Shown: one piece after another, positions 1 through 8,749 of the stretch | Layout: the number at the start of each line of letters is the position of its first letter | Numbering within the stretch: position 1 is the stretch's first letter | Assembly (NCBI GenBank): GCA_963704755.1 | Contig: OY969938.1 | Coordinates: 4,470,001-4,502,000, forward strand | Reading direction: 5' to 3' | Length of the DNA: 32,000 nt | From: an uncultured Chloroflexia bacterium | GTDB taxonomy: Bacteria > Chloroflexota > Anaerolineae > Anaerolineales > Anaerolineaceae | Notes under the pieces: generated by a model | Databases searched by the model: none | The model's input: only the letters and a program-made list of their open reading frames with translations | What the model was told of the DNA's origin: nothing | Position numbers and translations under genes: made by a program

Positions 1-45
1 ATATCCACCGATCAACTCGGTTTTAGCTTCTTTTGTTAATCCCAT
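1..45 (-). CDS. rpsO: 30S ribosomal protein S15, first 15 codons only (gene runs off the window start)
   Basis: The reverse complement of 1-45 reads MGLTKEAKTELIGGY, which resembles the M-x-[LI]-T-K-E-x-K..I start of bacterial S15. A minus-strand AGGAGA Shine-Dalgarno sits at 57-62, 11 nt upstream of the ATG. Only 15 residues are visible, so the call is weak. Confidence 0.35.
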   Translation of the reverse strand, partial: MGLTKEAKTELIGGY

Positions 46-278
46 GACGTCTGCTATCTCCTATTTTTGATTTTGAGCAGGTCTCCATACCCATAGCTTA
101 CACCACAGGCAGGTCCAGTCAGTTGGGAAATTATACCATAAAACTACGATTGGGGTGGGAGCGATACCTTATCGTAACATTTTAATCTGAGGCATTACGA
201 GCGCGGAGAATTCACACTACGAACTTTTCCGGTCTAAATTGCATATAGTTAAGCAGAGATCGATCTACAGGAGAACCA

Positions 279-851
279 TTGCCAAATCAATCACCATCCA
301 TCAATTCTGCCAACCCGGATTCCTTTGCCGAGCTTTATGAAAAGTACAAGAACCTGGTTTTCAAAACCGCTTTTCTGATCCTCGGCGACGCCAGTGAAGC
401 AGAAGAAGCTCTGCAGGAAGTTTTCCTTTTGGTTTACCGTTCCCTCGAACGGTACGACGCCAAAAAGGGAGCTTTCAGCACATGGCTGCATCGAATTACG
501 CTGAACTACTGTCTCAGTCATCGCCGCAAACGACGTCTTATTGAAGAGGGGTTGGAAGGCGAACCACAAAGAATAATTGACCCCAAAAATGACCCCGGCG
601 AAAGAATAGAAAAGGAACCTTTTTATAAAGTTATCCAAGCATTGAGCAATAAACAGAAGGCAGTGATCATCCTGCGCTACTACTGGGAATTGCCTTATGC
701 TGAAATTGCTTCGATCCTCAATGTTCCGCTGGGAACGGTAAAATCGCGCCTCGAATCAGCTCTAAATATGTTAAGAAAATCGTTGGGCGAGGAAACACTT
801 GGCATTGGTTCACGAATGCCTAAAAACGTGGAGGAGGAAGATGAACTGTAA
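279..851 (+). CDS. ECF-type RNA polymerase sigma-70 family factor (sigma-24 like)
   Basis: 190-aa ORF with a TTG start at 279, preceded by AGGAG at 268-272. Region 2 style sequence is FAELYEKYKNLVFKTAFLILGDASEAEEALQEVF..STWLHRITLNYCL. Region 4 helix-turn-helix is LPYAEIASILNVPLGTVKSRL. Confidence 0.9.
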   Translation: MPNQSPSINSANPDSFAELYEKYKNLVFKTAFLILGDASEAEEALQEVFLLVYRSLERYDAKKGAFSTWLHRITLNYCLSHRRKRRLIEEGLEGEPQRIIDPKNDPGERIEKEPFYKVIQALSNKQKAVIILRYYWELPYAEIASILNVPLGTVKSRLESALNMLRKSLGEETLGIGSRMPKNVEEEDEL

Positions 852-2364
852 TCAAGTAAGAACCGCACTGGTTGCTTATCTGGATGGTGAAGGCACACCC
901 GAGACTCGTAAGGAGATTGCCGAACACCTGGCTATTTGTGCTGAGTGCAGGCAAGCCTGTACCTCTCTCGTTGCCATTCAGGAATCGACCCGCCAGGGAC
1001 TGCAGACCCTGGCTGCATATGCAGAACCCTCTCCACAGGCCTGGGAACGAATCCGGGCCGGCATAGCGAAGAGCGCGCCTCCTTCGCAACACTCCCTCCG
1101 CGCCTGGCTGGCCAGCCATTTCGCGTGGAATCCACTTCTTGAAGGAGAAATACTGATGAAAAAGAAAATGTTTGCACCCATTGTGGTGGCTTTTGCTGTG
1201 ATCTTGACCACAGCACTGGTCTTGAGCCAACACATTCCTACCGTCTCTGCTCAACAAATTCTGGACCGGGCCTATGCTGCCCAAACCGCACCAGCCCCGA
1301 CCGAGGGCATCGAGCACACCCGTACCGAGATTTATAGCAATGTTCAGGCACAGACCGGAGTAAACGCCGGCAGCCGGGCGATCATCGAAAGTTACCTCGA
1401 CATCAAAAGCGGTAAGTATCGCACTCTGGTCACCGATGAAGCCAGCGGACAGCTTATCGACCTCTCGGCCTTCGATGGCACATACATTTATTATCTGCAA
1501 ACCGATGCTGCCGCCAGCGATCCGGTGACGATCTACCGCACTCCCCTGGCCAACATGGTGACGACGAAAGAGGAAACAACTCAATATCCCGCGCAAACGG
1601 CCGAGCAGCAGTTCAACCAATTCCGCAGCAACCCCAACGTAACCCTGGTGGGCAAACAAACCTGGACGGACGGGAGCGAAGTGTATGTGCTGAAATCTCA
1701 ACAGCCGGTCAAGATCATGGTGGAAGGCCAGGTGCAGATCCCGGAAGGCACTTCAACCATGACCTTCGATGCCAACACCTACGCGATGCTCGAAAACAAG
1801 GTAACCGTCAAGCTGGACGGTCAAGATGTAACGGTCATGCAGAACCGCTATCTTGCCGACGAAATTCTTCCGGCAGATACCGCCGTTGCCTGGGATTTGA
1901 GCGACTTGAAAGGCATAAGCATCAAGGATTTACCTGTCAGCCAGGCCCAACCCGGCAATCTACCGCCCGTAACGATCGACCAGGATGAACTGGCCAAACA
2001 TAACGCCTACGTCTTGAGCAGCATCCCCTCCGGGTTCGATAAAGAGATCAGTGCAGCGCCTGGTCAGGATCCCAGTCAACCTTATGCCTACGTGATCTCT
2101 TATCGCAATCAGGCCGATGATTACTTCGAAATCCAATCGGCTAGTGAAACGGCGGATATGCTTGGTAATATCTACAATGCGGAAGTGTATACTACTGTTT
2201 CTGGTCTCGAACTTCACTTCGCCCAGTCAGATACTGCCCCGGACGGAAAAACAATCACCAGCTTTTTCTTTACGGCGCCGGATGGGCTGAATTATTCGGT
2301 CACCAGTTCGCTGCCCCTCGACCAGGTCAAGCAGCTTGCTGAAGAACTTGTCCAGTCAAAATAA
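841..2364 (+). CDS. Anti-sigma factor with N-terminal zf-HC2 motif, one TM helix and a large extracytoplasmic domain of unknown function
   Basis: ATG at 841 is preceded by GGAGGAGGAAG (830-840) and overlaps the sigma gene stop by 11 nt. The N-terminus MNCNQVRTALVAYLDGE..HLAICAECRQ carries the H-x3-C-x2-C anti-sigma zinc motif. A hydrophobic segment FAPIVVAFAVILTTALVL is followed by about 370 residues with no motif I recognise. The ORF-track start at 799 lies inside the sigma gene and is less likely. Confidence 0.8.
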   Translation: MNCNQVRTALVAYLDGEGTPETRKEIAEHLAICAECRQACTSLVAIQESTRQGLQTLAAYAEPSPQAWERIRAGIAKSAPPSQHSLRAWLASHFAWNPLLEGEILMKKKMFAPIVVAFAVILTTALVLSQHIPTVSAQQILDRAYAAQTAPAPTEGIEHTRTEIYSNVQAQTGVNAGSRAIIESYLDIKSGKYRTLVTDEASGQLIDLSAFDGTYIYYLQTDAAASDPVTIYRTPLANMVTTKEETTQYPAQTAEQQFNQFRSNPNVTLVGKQTWTDGSEVYVLKSQQPVKIMVEGQVQIPEGTSTMTFDANTYAMLENKVTVKLDGQDVTVMQNRYLADEILPADTAVAWDLSDLKGISIKDLPVSQAQPGNLPPVTIDQDELAKHNAYVLSSIPSGFDKEISAAPGQDPSQPYAYVISYRNQADDYFEIQSASETADMLGNIYNAEVYTTVSGLELHFAQSDTAPDGKTITSFFFTAPDGLNYSVTSSLPLDQVKQLAEELVQSK

Positions 2365-2374
2365 AAGTGATTTG

Positions 2375-2411
2375 TACAGAGAGAGCAGAAATCATTTCTG
2401 CTCTCTCTGTA
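2375..2411. terminator. Perfect 18-bp palindromic hairpin between convergent genes (likely bidirectional terminator)
   Basis: TACAGAGAGAGCAGAAAT-C-ATTTCTGCTCTCTCTGTA. It lies between the stop of the anti-sigma gene (2364) and the stop of the minus-strand gene (2438). There is no strong U-tract on either side. Confidence 0.55.
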
Positions 2412-2437
2412 TCCTCTTTCCCTCGTTGCCTTCTTCA

Positions 2438-3253
2438 CTAATCCCTTCCCTTCAAAGAATGGAGGATGACCCGTACGCGGGTCTGAACTTCTTCCGGGAA
2501 GTCCGGCAGGCAATACCGGATGAGGCGCAGCAGATCGGGGGAGATGCCCAGGCCGAGCATCTGGCGCAGGAAATAGACCGTCTCGATGGGTGAGCGCCGG
2601 GCTAACTCGACCAGCAGAACCGCCAGCTCGTTCTGTAACTGGCGGGGATGTTCGCGGATGACGTGGCCCACTCCGTTGAACAGGTTAGGCAGATTCTGGA
2701 AGGTGGCATCCTCGACCAGAGGGCGCATGGCCAGCAGCCCCAGGCGTTGTGATTTCAAGCCTGGCGAAGAAATCCAGCCTTGAATGATTTCCAACCAGGG
2801 ACGGGTATTCTTTTGGCGGGTGATCGCGGTGCCATTGCGAAACAAGGCTTGCAGGAAGAATTTGTTGTCCTCTGCTTCGGCCCAACCGCGGATCTCTTCC
2901 AGAACCTGGGGTTGGCTTTGGATCGGCACGATCCCAATCAGGTAAGCCGCCAGCAGGCGTAGCTCGGCCTTCGAATCCTTCCACAGCATTCCGGCCAATT
3001 CGATCGCCGTGGCCGGGTTTTGCTGCGTCCAGCGGCCGAATCCCAGCTCGACCTGGCTCAAGACTACCTGGGAGGTATGGAAAGAATCCTCGACCGGAAT
3101 CGAAGTATTGACTGTATCGGAAGTCCGGTAAGTGTGGTCCGAGTATTGATCCAGCAGCTCGTACAGCGCTTTCCTGAATTCATCCGGACGGCTAAACAGC
3201 CCGCCTAGCAATTCAATCTGGTTCTTTAGACGGGCGAGTTGAACAGCAGGCAT
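2438..3253 (-). CDS. HEAT-repeat-like protein, possibly DNA alkylation repair (AlkC/AlkD-like) family
   Basis: 271-aa ORF with an ATG at 3253, 9 nt downstream of the proS stop. It looks all-helical and repeat-like (LWKDSKAELRLLAAYLIG.., LGLLAMRPLVED.., LLVELARRSPIE). The family assignment comes from resemblance only. Confidence 0.4.
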   Translation of the reverse strand: MPAVQLARLKNQIELLGGLFSRPDEFRKALYELLDQYSDHTYRTSDTVNTSIPVEDSFHTSQVVLSQVELGFGRWTQQNPATAIELAGMLWKDSKAELRLLAAYLIGIVPIQSQPQVLEEIRGWAEAEDNKFFLQALFRNGTAITRQKNTRPWLEIIQGWISSPGLKSQRLGLLAMRPLVEDATFQNLPNLFNGVGHVIREHPRQLQNELAVLLVELARRSPIETVYFLRQMLGLGISPDLLRLIRYCLPDFPEEVQTRVRVILHSLKGRD

Positions 3254-3262
3254 GGTAAAAAC

Positions 3263-4696
3263 TCAATAGGCGCGGGCGAAATAAACCTTGGTGTGAGCCG
3301 GTTTTCCACAAACGATACAGGTACCTTCGCCGTCTGGCTGATCGAGGGGCATGCAGCGCGTGGTGGCTTTGGTATCTTCTTTTACTTTGGCCTCGCATTC
3401 CTTACTGCCGCACCACCAGGAATAAGCCCAACCGTTCTGCACCACTTCTTTTAAAGCCGCGTAATCTTGCGGCTCGTAGATGTGTTCGTCACGGAAGCGG
3501 GTGGCCTTTTCCAGCATGGCATTGTGGATTTCGTCCAGGATGGCAGCCATCTGGGTGCCGACCTGGTCGACCGGCAGGGTAGATTTACCGGCTTTTCCGG
3601 GCATGTAGCGCCGGGCGAGGGTAACGACGCCATTATCGACGTCTTTAGGCCCGATCTCGATCCGTAAGGGGACACCGCGCATCTCCCAATCGTTGAATTT
3701 GAAGCCGGGAGTAACTTCGTTACGCGCATCCAACTTGACCCGGAAGCCCTTGAGCTGGGCCTGCACCTGTTCGGCGGCAGCCATGACCCGCGATTGTTCG
3801 GCATCGTTACGGAAGATGGGCACGATGACGATCTGAATGGGAGCCAGGCGCGGCGGCATCACCAGGCCTTGATCATCCCCGTGGGTCATGATGATCGCGC
3901 CGATGAAGCGGGTAGAAAGACCCCAGGAGGTGGTCCAGCAGTACTGGAGCTGGTTGGCCGGGTCGGAATATTGGATTTCGAAGGCCTTGGCGAAATTCTG
4001 ACCGAGGAAATGGGAGGTGCCGGACTGGAGGGCGCGGGTATCGCCCATCATCGCCTCGATGGTGTAGGAATCGATTGCACCGGCGAATTTTTCTGTTTCG
4101 CTTTTACGCCCAGGGATCACCGGGACGGCGGCTTCATCGATGGCGAAATCGGTATAAACGTTCAACATTTGCAGCGTCTCGGCGACGGCTTCGTCCTGGC
4201 TGGCATGGGCCGTATGGCCTTCCTGCCAGTAGAACTCCAGCGTGCGCAGAAAGAGCCGCGTGCGCATTTCCCAGCGGACCACGTTGCCCCACTGGTTGAT
4301 CAGCACCGGCAGGTCGCGGTACGATTTGATCCATTTGGAATACATATATCCGATGATCGTCTCGGATGTGGGCCGTACCACCAGCGGCTCTTCGAGTTTT
4401 TCACCGCCACCGATGGTCACGATCGCTAATTCAGGCGAGAAACCTTCGACGTGTTCCTTCTCTTTTTCCAGGAAGGACATGGGGATAAACAGAGGAAAGG
4501 CGGCGTTGCTATGGCCGGTATCTTTGAAACGCCGGTCAAGGGTTTGCTGAATGTTTTCCCACAAAGCCCACCCATAAGGGCGCACAACCATACAGCCGCG
4601 GACAGGGGCATAATCAGCCAGCTCAGCGCGTTGGATGACCTGGTTGTACCATTCAGAATAATTTTCGGTGCGGGTGGGTAATTTTTCGGTGCTCAT
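3263..4696 (-). CDS. proS: Proline--tRNA ligase, archaeal/eukaryote-like (type 3) class II aaRS
   Basis: MSTEKLPTRTENYSEWYNQVIQRAELADYAPVRGCMVVRPYGWALWENIQ is a typical N-terminus. Class II motifs FRDE-like and GLSTRFIGAIIMTHGDDQGL are present. The C-terminal Zn-binding domain ends CIVCGKPAHTKVYFARAY. I chose the ATG at 4696 because the ORF-track extension to 4771 adds 25 non-homologous residues. Confidence 0.92.
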   Translation of the reverse strand: MSTEKLPTRTENYSEWYNQVIQRAELADYAPVRGCMVVRPYGWALWENIQQTLDRRFKDTGHSNAAFPLFIPMSFLEKEKEHVEGFSPELAIVTIGGGEKLEEPLVVRPTSETIIGYMYSKWIKSYRDLPVLINQWGNVVRWEMRTRLFLRTLEFYWQEGHTAHASQDEAVAETLQMLNVYTDFAIDEAAVPVIPGRKSETEKFAGAIDSYTIEAMMGDTRALQSGTSHFLGQNFAKAFEIQYSDPANQLQYCWTTSWGLSTRFIGAIIMTHGDDQGLVMPPRLAPIQIVIVPIFRNDAEQSRVMAAAEQVQAQLKGFRVKLDARNEVTPGFKFNDWEMRGVPLRIEIGPKDVDNGVVTLARRYMPGKAGKSTLPVDQVGTQMAAILDEIHNAMLEKATRFRDEHIYEPQDYAALKEVVQNGWAYSWWCGSKECEAKVKEDTKATTRCMPLDQPDGEGTCIVCGKPAHTKVYFARAY

Positions 4697-4837
4697 AGAG
4701 GGATCTCTTCCTGAAAAGGGGTTAGGGGATGTTTTCAATAATTGAGGATGGAATAAACCACGGAGGCACAAAGTTTACGGAGAAGAAAGAAAGGGAAGAA
4801 TTGTTGATGTAACCATGTACCGTGGTATTGTTTATAT

Positions 4838-5380
4838 TTATCGGTTCTGATGATTTATGGCTATTGAATATGCGCTTTCGACGTCGCCGGCGAAATGAAG
4901 CCAATCACGATCCGTTTCACTGATATACGGTCCCAGGTTGGCTGTAAAGGTGGCAAAAACGTTTGTCCAGCCCGGGCCAACCAGGACAAAAGGTTTGGCC
5001 GGCTGGGCATGGATGACCAGCAGGTTCCAAAACAGGCCGATCTCGGCCAGGGTGCCGGGTCCGCCCGGTAGGGCAATCGCCGCCTGGCAGGTCAGGACCA
5101 GTTCTTCCAGGCGAGCTGTCAAAGTGTCCTTCTTGCGTTCTTCGCTCACCCACGGATTGGCTTTGGCATTGCGGAAGGTCTCGATTTCGCGACAGGTCAC
5201 ACCGATCACGTGCCCACCAGCTTCAGCCGCCCCACGGGATACGGCTTCCATGGTGCCCATATAGCCGCCGGTCACCGGGACGTCACCGCCGCTGGCGATT
5301 AATTTCCCCAGAAGGTAGGCCTGGCCGTAGTCCGGGTCGCCAGGGAGTGGTTTGGAGCTTCCAAATACGGTGATGTTCAT
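4838..5380 (-). CDS. LOG family / TIGR00725-like Rossmann protein (nucleotide 5'-monophosphate N-glycosidase-like)
   Basis: The 180-aa ORF carries GGYMGTMEAVSRGAAEAGG and the LOG signature ALPGGPGTLAEI. Its start is 6 nt downstream of the MazG-like stop. Confidence 0.75.
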   Translation of the reverse strand: MNITVFGSSKPLPGDPDYGQAYLLGKLIASGGDVPVTGGYMGTMEAVSRGAAEAGGHVIGVTCREIETFRNAKANPWVSEERKKDTLTARLEELVLTCQAAIALPGGPGTLAEIGLFWNLLVIHAQPAKPFVLVGPGWTNVFATFTANLGPYISETDRDWLHFAGDVESAYSIAINHQNR

Positions 5381-5386
5381 AGGCTG

Positions 5387-5701
5387 TTATTTTAACCGAT
5401 CCTGGTCCCACGAGCGGGAGTAATTTTTGTCCAATTTCTGAACAATCGCCTGTTCCAGGTCGATATGGGTCAGGCTGGCCAGTTGCAGCAGGTAAAGCGC
5501 AACGTCGGCCAGTTCGCCGGCCAGTTCGCCCTGGTCGAAGGAATTCTCACTCCATTGAAAGTGTTCCAACACCTCACTGGCTTCCAACGATAATGAGATA
5601 GCGATGTTCCGTGGCGTTTGCGGGCGCAAGCTGTCCGCGCTGTACCAGCCTTTGGCCTGCACAAAATCGTTCATAGCGGTGGTTAATTCAGAAATTTGCA
5701 T
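5387..5701 (-). CDS. MazG-like all-alpha nucleoside triphosphate pyrophosphohydrolase (small, single domain)
   Basis: Starting from the ATG at 5701 the protein reads MQISELTTAMNDFVQAKGW..SLEASEVLEHFQW..ELAGELADVALYLLQLA. This is the E-x-x-E / E-x-x-D helix pattern of MazG/dCTPase-type enzymes. The ORF-track extension to 5824 overlaps the upstream gene and is Pro/Arg-rich junk. Confidence 0.75.
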   Translation of the reverse strand: MQISELTTAMNDFVQAKGWYSADSLRPQTPRNIAISLSLEASEVLEHFQWSENSFDQGELAGELADVALYLLQLASLTHIDLEQAIVQKLDKNYSRSWDQDRLK

Positions 5702-5733
5702 GACAATAAAATCCTTTGCGGGAGGTAGGTGGC

Positions 5734-7041
5734 TTAATCGGGTGCGGGCTGGCCGGCCTGGAGCCGGGGGGCCTGGTCGATCCGGCGGATCTCCTTTAGG
5801 GAAAGAAAACCGATCCAGGTACAATAATAGAGAACCGGCAGACCGGTACCGATGAGTGGCACTTCGAATATTTTACCCAGGATAAAAGCCATCCAGGATA
5901 CGATCAGCCCTGCCCACCAGAACCAGGTCACTGCCTTCTTTTCGGTTTTCCAGGCAAAGACGCTCCAGGCGAACAATGCCAGCAGAACCGGTTCCTGGTC
6001 GTTCGAGAACCCGGTGGGATTAATCAGAAACGCACCCAGGCTGGCGATCCCTAGCAGCCAGAACAAATAGTGACCGGGAATGACCCCGTCCGAATGGGTT
6101 TGGGCAAGGGTCAACTTCCGGTACCATTGTACGCCCGCAGCAATCGATATGAGAAAAAATAGGATCGCTACCAGCCAGGCCAGGGTATTGGCCATAGTTT
6201 GGGTGAAGAAAACGCCCAGGTAGGTGGATAACACCAATTTGGTATGGCCATACTGAGAATAGGCGAACAGCCGGCCGATCCACTCGCTGAGCCAGCCGGG
6301 AAAGAGCAAAAATGATAATCCGGCCCAACCGGGAATGCCCGCGATCAGCGAGAGGGTAAACGGCCAAAGCCTGCGCAGAACAGCGATCACCAAAATGGCA
6401 GCCAGTATCGCCCAGGAAAATTGAGGCTTGCCGCTGCACCAGGCCAGGCCCAGGCCCAGGAAAATCTGTACCGCAATGGATGGGGTCTGGTTAAAGATGA
6501 CCCAGCCCAGAACGGCCAGGATGACCAACCCGATGAGGAGCGAAACATTGCCGACCAGTATGCCAAAACTGAGTGGATAGAAAAATATCAGGCTGAAATC
6601 CAGCCAGCGGGGATGCGGTTCACCGAAAAAATAAGCCAGCGTCAGCATTGCAAGAATATTGAGGGCCATGTACAATGAAATCGCTGTCTGTATATCGAAC
6701 CAGGCAAAGGGCAGCAAGGGGATCAAGGTAAATAAGGGATAGGCGAAGGCTTTTACATCTTCTCCATCTGCGGCCGGGCGGCCGTAATAGGCCAGTTGGG
6801 TATCCTGGGCAACTTCCAGTGAGTAAGGATCGCCGCTTGCGGCAAATTGTTTCGCCGCATCCCAATAGATATAAAAATCTACGCCCAAGGTGCTATTTTT
6901 GAATGCGGTCCGGATCCCCCAGGTCAGGCCGGTCAGGAAAATTAGAAATATTCCAATACCTAGAAGACCCTTTTGGATGGATAAAAATAGCGGAAATGCC
7001 TGGCGGCTTTCTACGGATGAAATTGATTTGGTGGCGCTCAT
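5734..7041 (-). CDS. Polytopic membrane protein, DUF2029 / GT87-like glycosyltransferase family
   Basis: About 435 aa with more than 10 hydrophobic segments. The N-terminal loop GVDFYIYWDAAKQF..AFAYPLFTLIPLLPF and the later GKPQF motif are typical of DUF2029 mannosyltransferase-like proteins. The ATG at 7041 has GAGGGG about 10 nt upstream. An alternative GTG start lies at 7059. Confidence 0.7.
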   Translation of the reverse strand: MSATKSISSVESRQAFPLFLSIQKGLLGIGIFLIFLTGLTWGIRTAFKNSTLGVDFYIYWDAAKQFAASGDPYSLEVAQDTQLAYYGRPAADGEDVKAFAYPLFTLIPLLPFAWFDIQTAISLYMALNILAMLTLAYFFGEPHPRWLDFSLIFFYPLSFGILVGNVSLLIGLVILAVLGWVIFNQTPSIAVQIFLGLGLAWCSGKPQFSWAILAAILVIAVLRRLWPFTLSLIAGIPGWAGLSFLLFPGWLSEWIGRLFAYSQYGHTKLVLSTYLGVFFTQTMANTLAWLVAILFFLISIAAGVQWYRKLTLAQTHSDGVIPGHYLFWLLGIASLGAFLINPTGFSNDQEPVLLALFAWSVFAWKTEKKAVTWFWWAGLIVSWMAFILGKIFEVPLIGTGLPVLYYCTWIGFLSLKEIRRIDQAPRLQAGQPAPD

Positions 7042-7187
7042 CGATGTTCTACCCCTCACGGCGCTAGGATGGATTTTGGTTTCCCCAATGGCTTTCTTGT
7101 AAATGGATCAAAAAGAGGGTATTTTCAGGCCAGCCCTGGCTGCAAGGTTAAACAGCTCCGCGGCTGCCGGAAAACCTGGATTATGAA

Positions 7188-8441
7188 ATGGCGGGTCAAG
7201 TGGAGCAGAAAAGAATCACAGGCGTATTTCCCCCTTTCCGGAAATCATTCCTGATTGTACTGTCCGTGCTGGCGATGTTTGGGGTGTTAACTGTGAGCAT
7301 TCGCACGATCACTATCAACAACACCATGGGTGCCGATTACTTCATCTATTATATGGCAGGTAAAGGATTTTTAAGCCAGCATTTAAGCCCGTATGACCCT
7401 GAAATTACCTTGAATACCGAAATGGCTGTCCTGGGCCGGCCTTCCGCAGCGGACGAGGACCAACTGGCCTTTGTTTACCCGGCTTTCGGGCTGGTTCCAC
7501 TTTTGCCATTCTTCCTACCCGATTTTGGTTGGTCGCAGGCGCTCTGGATGTCCGCGAACCTGACTTTGATGGGCTTAGTGATTCTGGCGTTGGCAGCCCG
7601 GTATCGCTCCAGGCTCGCTTTTGGCTTTTTCTGCTTTTACCCGGTCGCCTTTGGGCTCGTCCTGGGAAATTTGAACCTGACGATTTGCACCGCTTTGGTC
7701 TTTCTGCTTTCCGTGCTGGTACTCAACCGCCGGGCACCGCCGCCTGGCTTGCAATGGGCAGCCGGATTTTTATTCGCCTGGACGATGATCAAACCGCAAT
7801 TTATGTGGTTTTTTGCGATTTTCTTGCTGCTTAACGCGATTAAATCCCATTATTTCATTTTTTTGTACGCCACATTCGCTTCTCTGGCGGTTCTGGCCGG
7901 CTTTTCCTTGATATTATGGCCGGGGTGGGTTGCGGATTGGCTGGCCCGAGTACGTAGTTACGCCGGTTACGTCCACTCGAAGGTTGTGATCCTGGCTTCG
8001 TTGGAGCAGGTTTTGCCGGAATCCACTGCCCAGATCGTCACCGGAATCCTGGGTATTGCCGCGGTGGGAGTAACGATCTGGCTCTTGCGAAGCTGGTGGC
8101 GGGAGAACACGCCTGCCAACCGCTTGACCTGCCTGGCCTGGATTGGGTTTGCGACCTATTGTTTTCACCCCAACGGTACCTCTTATGAACAAATGGTCAT
8201 GCTCGTGCCCTTCCTTTTCTGGGCTCTGAATGGCCGGGTTACCTCAAGTTGGATTAAACCGCTGCTCTGGGCAGGCGCCATTATCCTATCCTGGCTGGCT
8301 TTTGCCCTCTCGATTTCGAAGCTTTATCCGCGGGCGGAATATGATCTGCCCCTGCTCTTTTTCGCCGGCTGGACGATCTGGATTTTGGCCCACCGACGGG
8401 AAACCGCGGTTTTGGACAACCGTCTGGCCGAACAACGTTAA
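7188..8441 (+). CDS. Polytopic membrane protein, DUF2029 / GT87-like glycosyltransferase family (paralog of 5734-7041)
   Basis: 417 aa. GADYFIYYMAGKGF..AFVYPAFGLVPLLPF..IKPQF..WPGWVADWL align block for block with the divergently transcribed neighbour. Confidence 0.7.
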   Translation: MAGQVEQKRITGVFPPFRKSFLIVLSVLAMFGVLTVSIRTITINNTMGADYFIYYMAGKGFLSQHLSPYDPEITLNTEMAVLGRPSAADEDQLAFVYPAFGLVPLLPFFLPDFGWSQALWMSANLTLMGLVILALAARYRSRLAFGFFCFYPVAFGLVLGNLNLTICTALVFLLSVLVLNRRAPPPGLQWAAGFLFAWTMIKPQFMWFFAIFLLLNAIKSHYFIFLYATFASLAVLAGFSLILWPGWVADWLARVRSYAGYVHSKVVILASLEQVLPESTAQIVTGILGIAAVGVTIWLLRSWWRENTPANRLTCLAWIGFATYCFHPNGTSYEQMVMLVPFLFWALNGRVTSSWIKPLLWAGAIILSWLAFALSISKLYPRAEYDLPLLFFAGWTIWILAHRRETAVLDNRLAEQR

Positions 8442-8473
8442 AAACAGCGCTAAATTCCGAGCTGGCCTGAGCG

Positions 8474-8680
8474 CTAACGAATTTGCAGGATATCCAGGGC
8501 CGCCCGGGCGGATTTTACCTGTTCCAGGTGCCAGCCGTCTTCACTGACCATGCGTCTCAGGTGCGCTAGAACGTTCTTTTGCGAAGCCGGGTCCAAAGCG
8601 CGGTAGGCCGCCTGGACCTGGGCCGGTTCGCGCGAGAGCAGCTTATCCCAAAGGACTTGTAATGGGTCGATTTCTTCCAT
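8474..8680 (-). CDS. Small hypothetical protein (68 aa)
   Basis: Clean ORF downstream of the EF-G paralog with no competing ORF on the other strand and a helical-looking sequence. Only a weak GGAAA lies upstream. I recognise no homology. Confidence 0.4.
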   Translation of the reverse strand: MEEIDPLQVLWDKLLSREPAQVQAAYRALDPASQKNVLAHLRRMVSEDGWHLEQVKSARAALDILQIR

Positions 8681-8707
8681 TGAAGTATTTCCGTTTGTGG
8701 GTGTGAG

Positions 8708-8735
8708 ATAAAAAAGGCCCCCGATGAAGGGGGCC
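8708..8735 (-). terminator. Rho-independent terminator after the EF-G paralog
   Basis: The minus strand reads GGCCCCC-TTCATC-GGGGGCC followed by TTTTTT. It starts 15 nt after the stop at 8750. Confidence 0.75.
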
Positions 8736-8749
8736 TGTGAAAAGCGGTT

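Noticed and set aside
100-278. Possible ECF-type promoter (GGAAT/GAAC-like -35 plus CGTA/GTC -10) upstream of the sigma factor gene
   Set aside because: Several partial matches exist, for example CGTAAC at about 174 and GAATTC..GGTCTAA at about 207-236. None has both elements at a convincing 16-18 nt spacing.
820-1701. 293-aa ORF on the minus strand
   Set aside because: It lies entirely antisense to the anti-sigma gene, which has a recognisable zf-HC2 motif and TM helix. The ORF is Arg/Gly/Pro-rich and low-complexity, as is typical of antisense frames in GC-rich DNA.
3794-4429. 211-aa ORF on the plus strand
   Set aside because: It is antisense to proS, whose identity is unambiguous. The ORF has no motifs and a Gly/Asp/His-rich composition.
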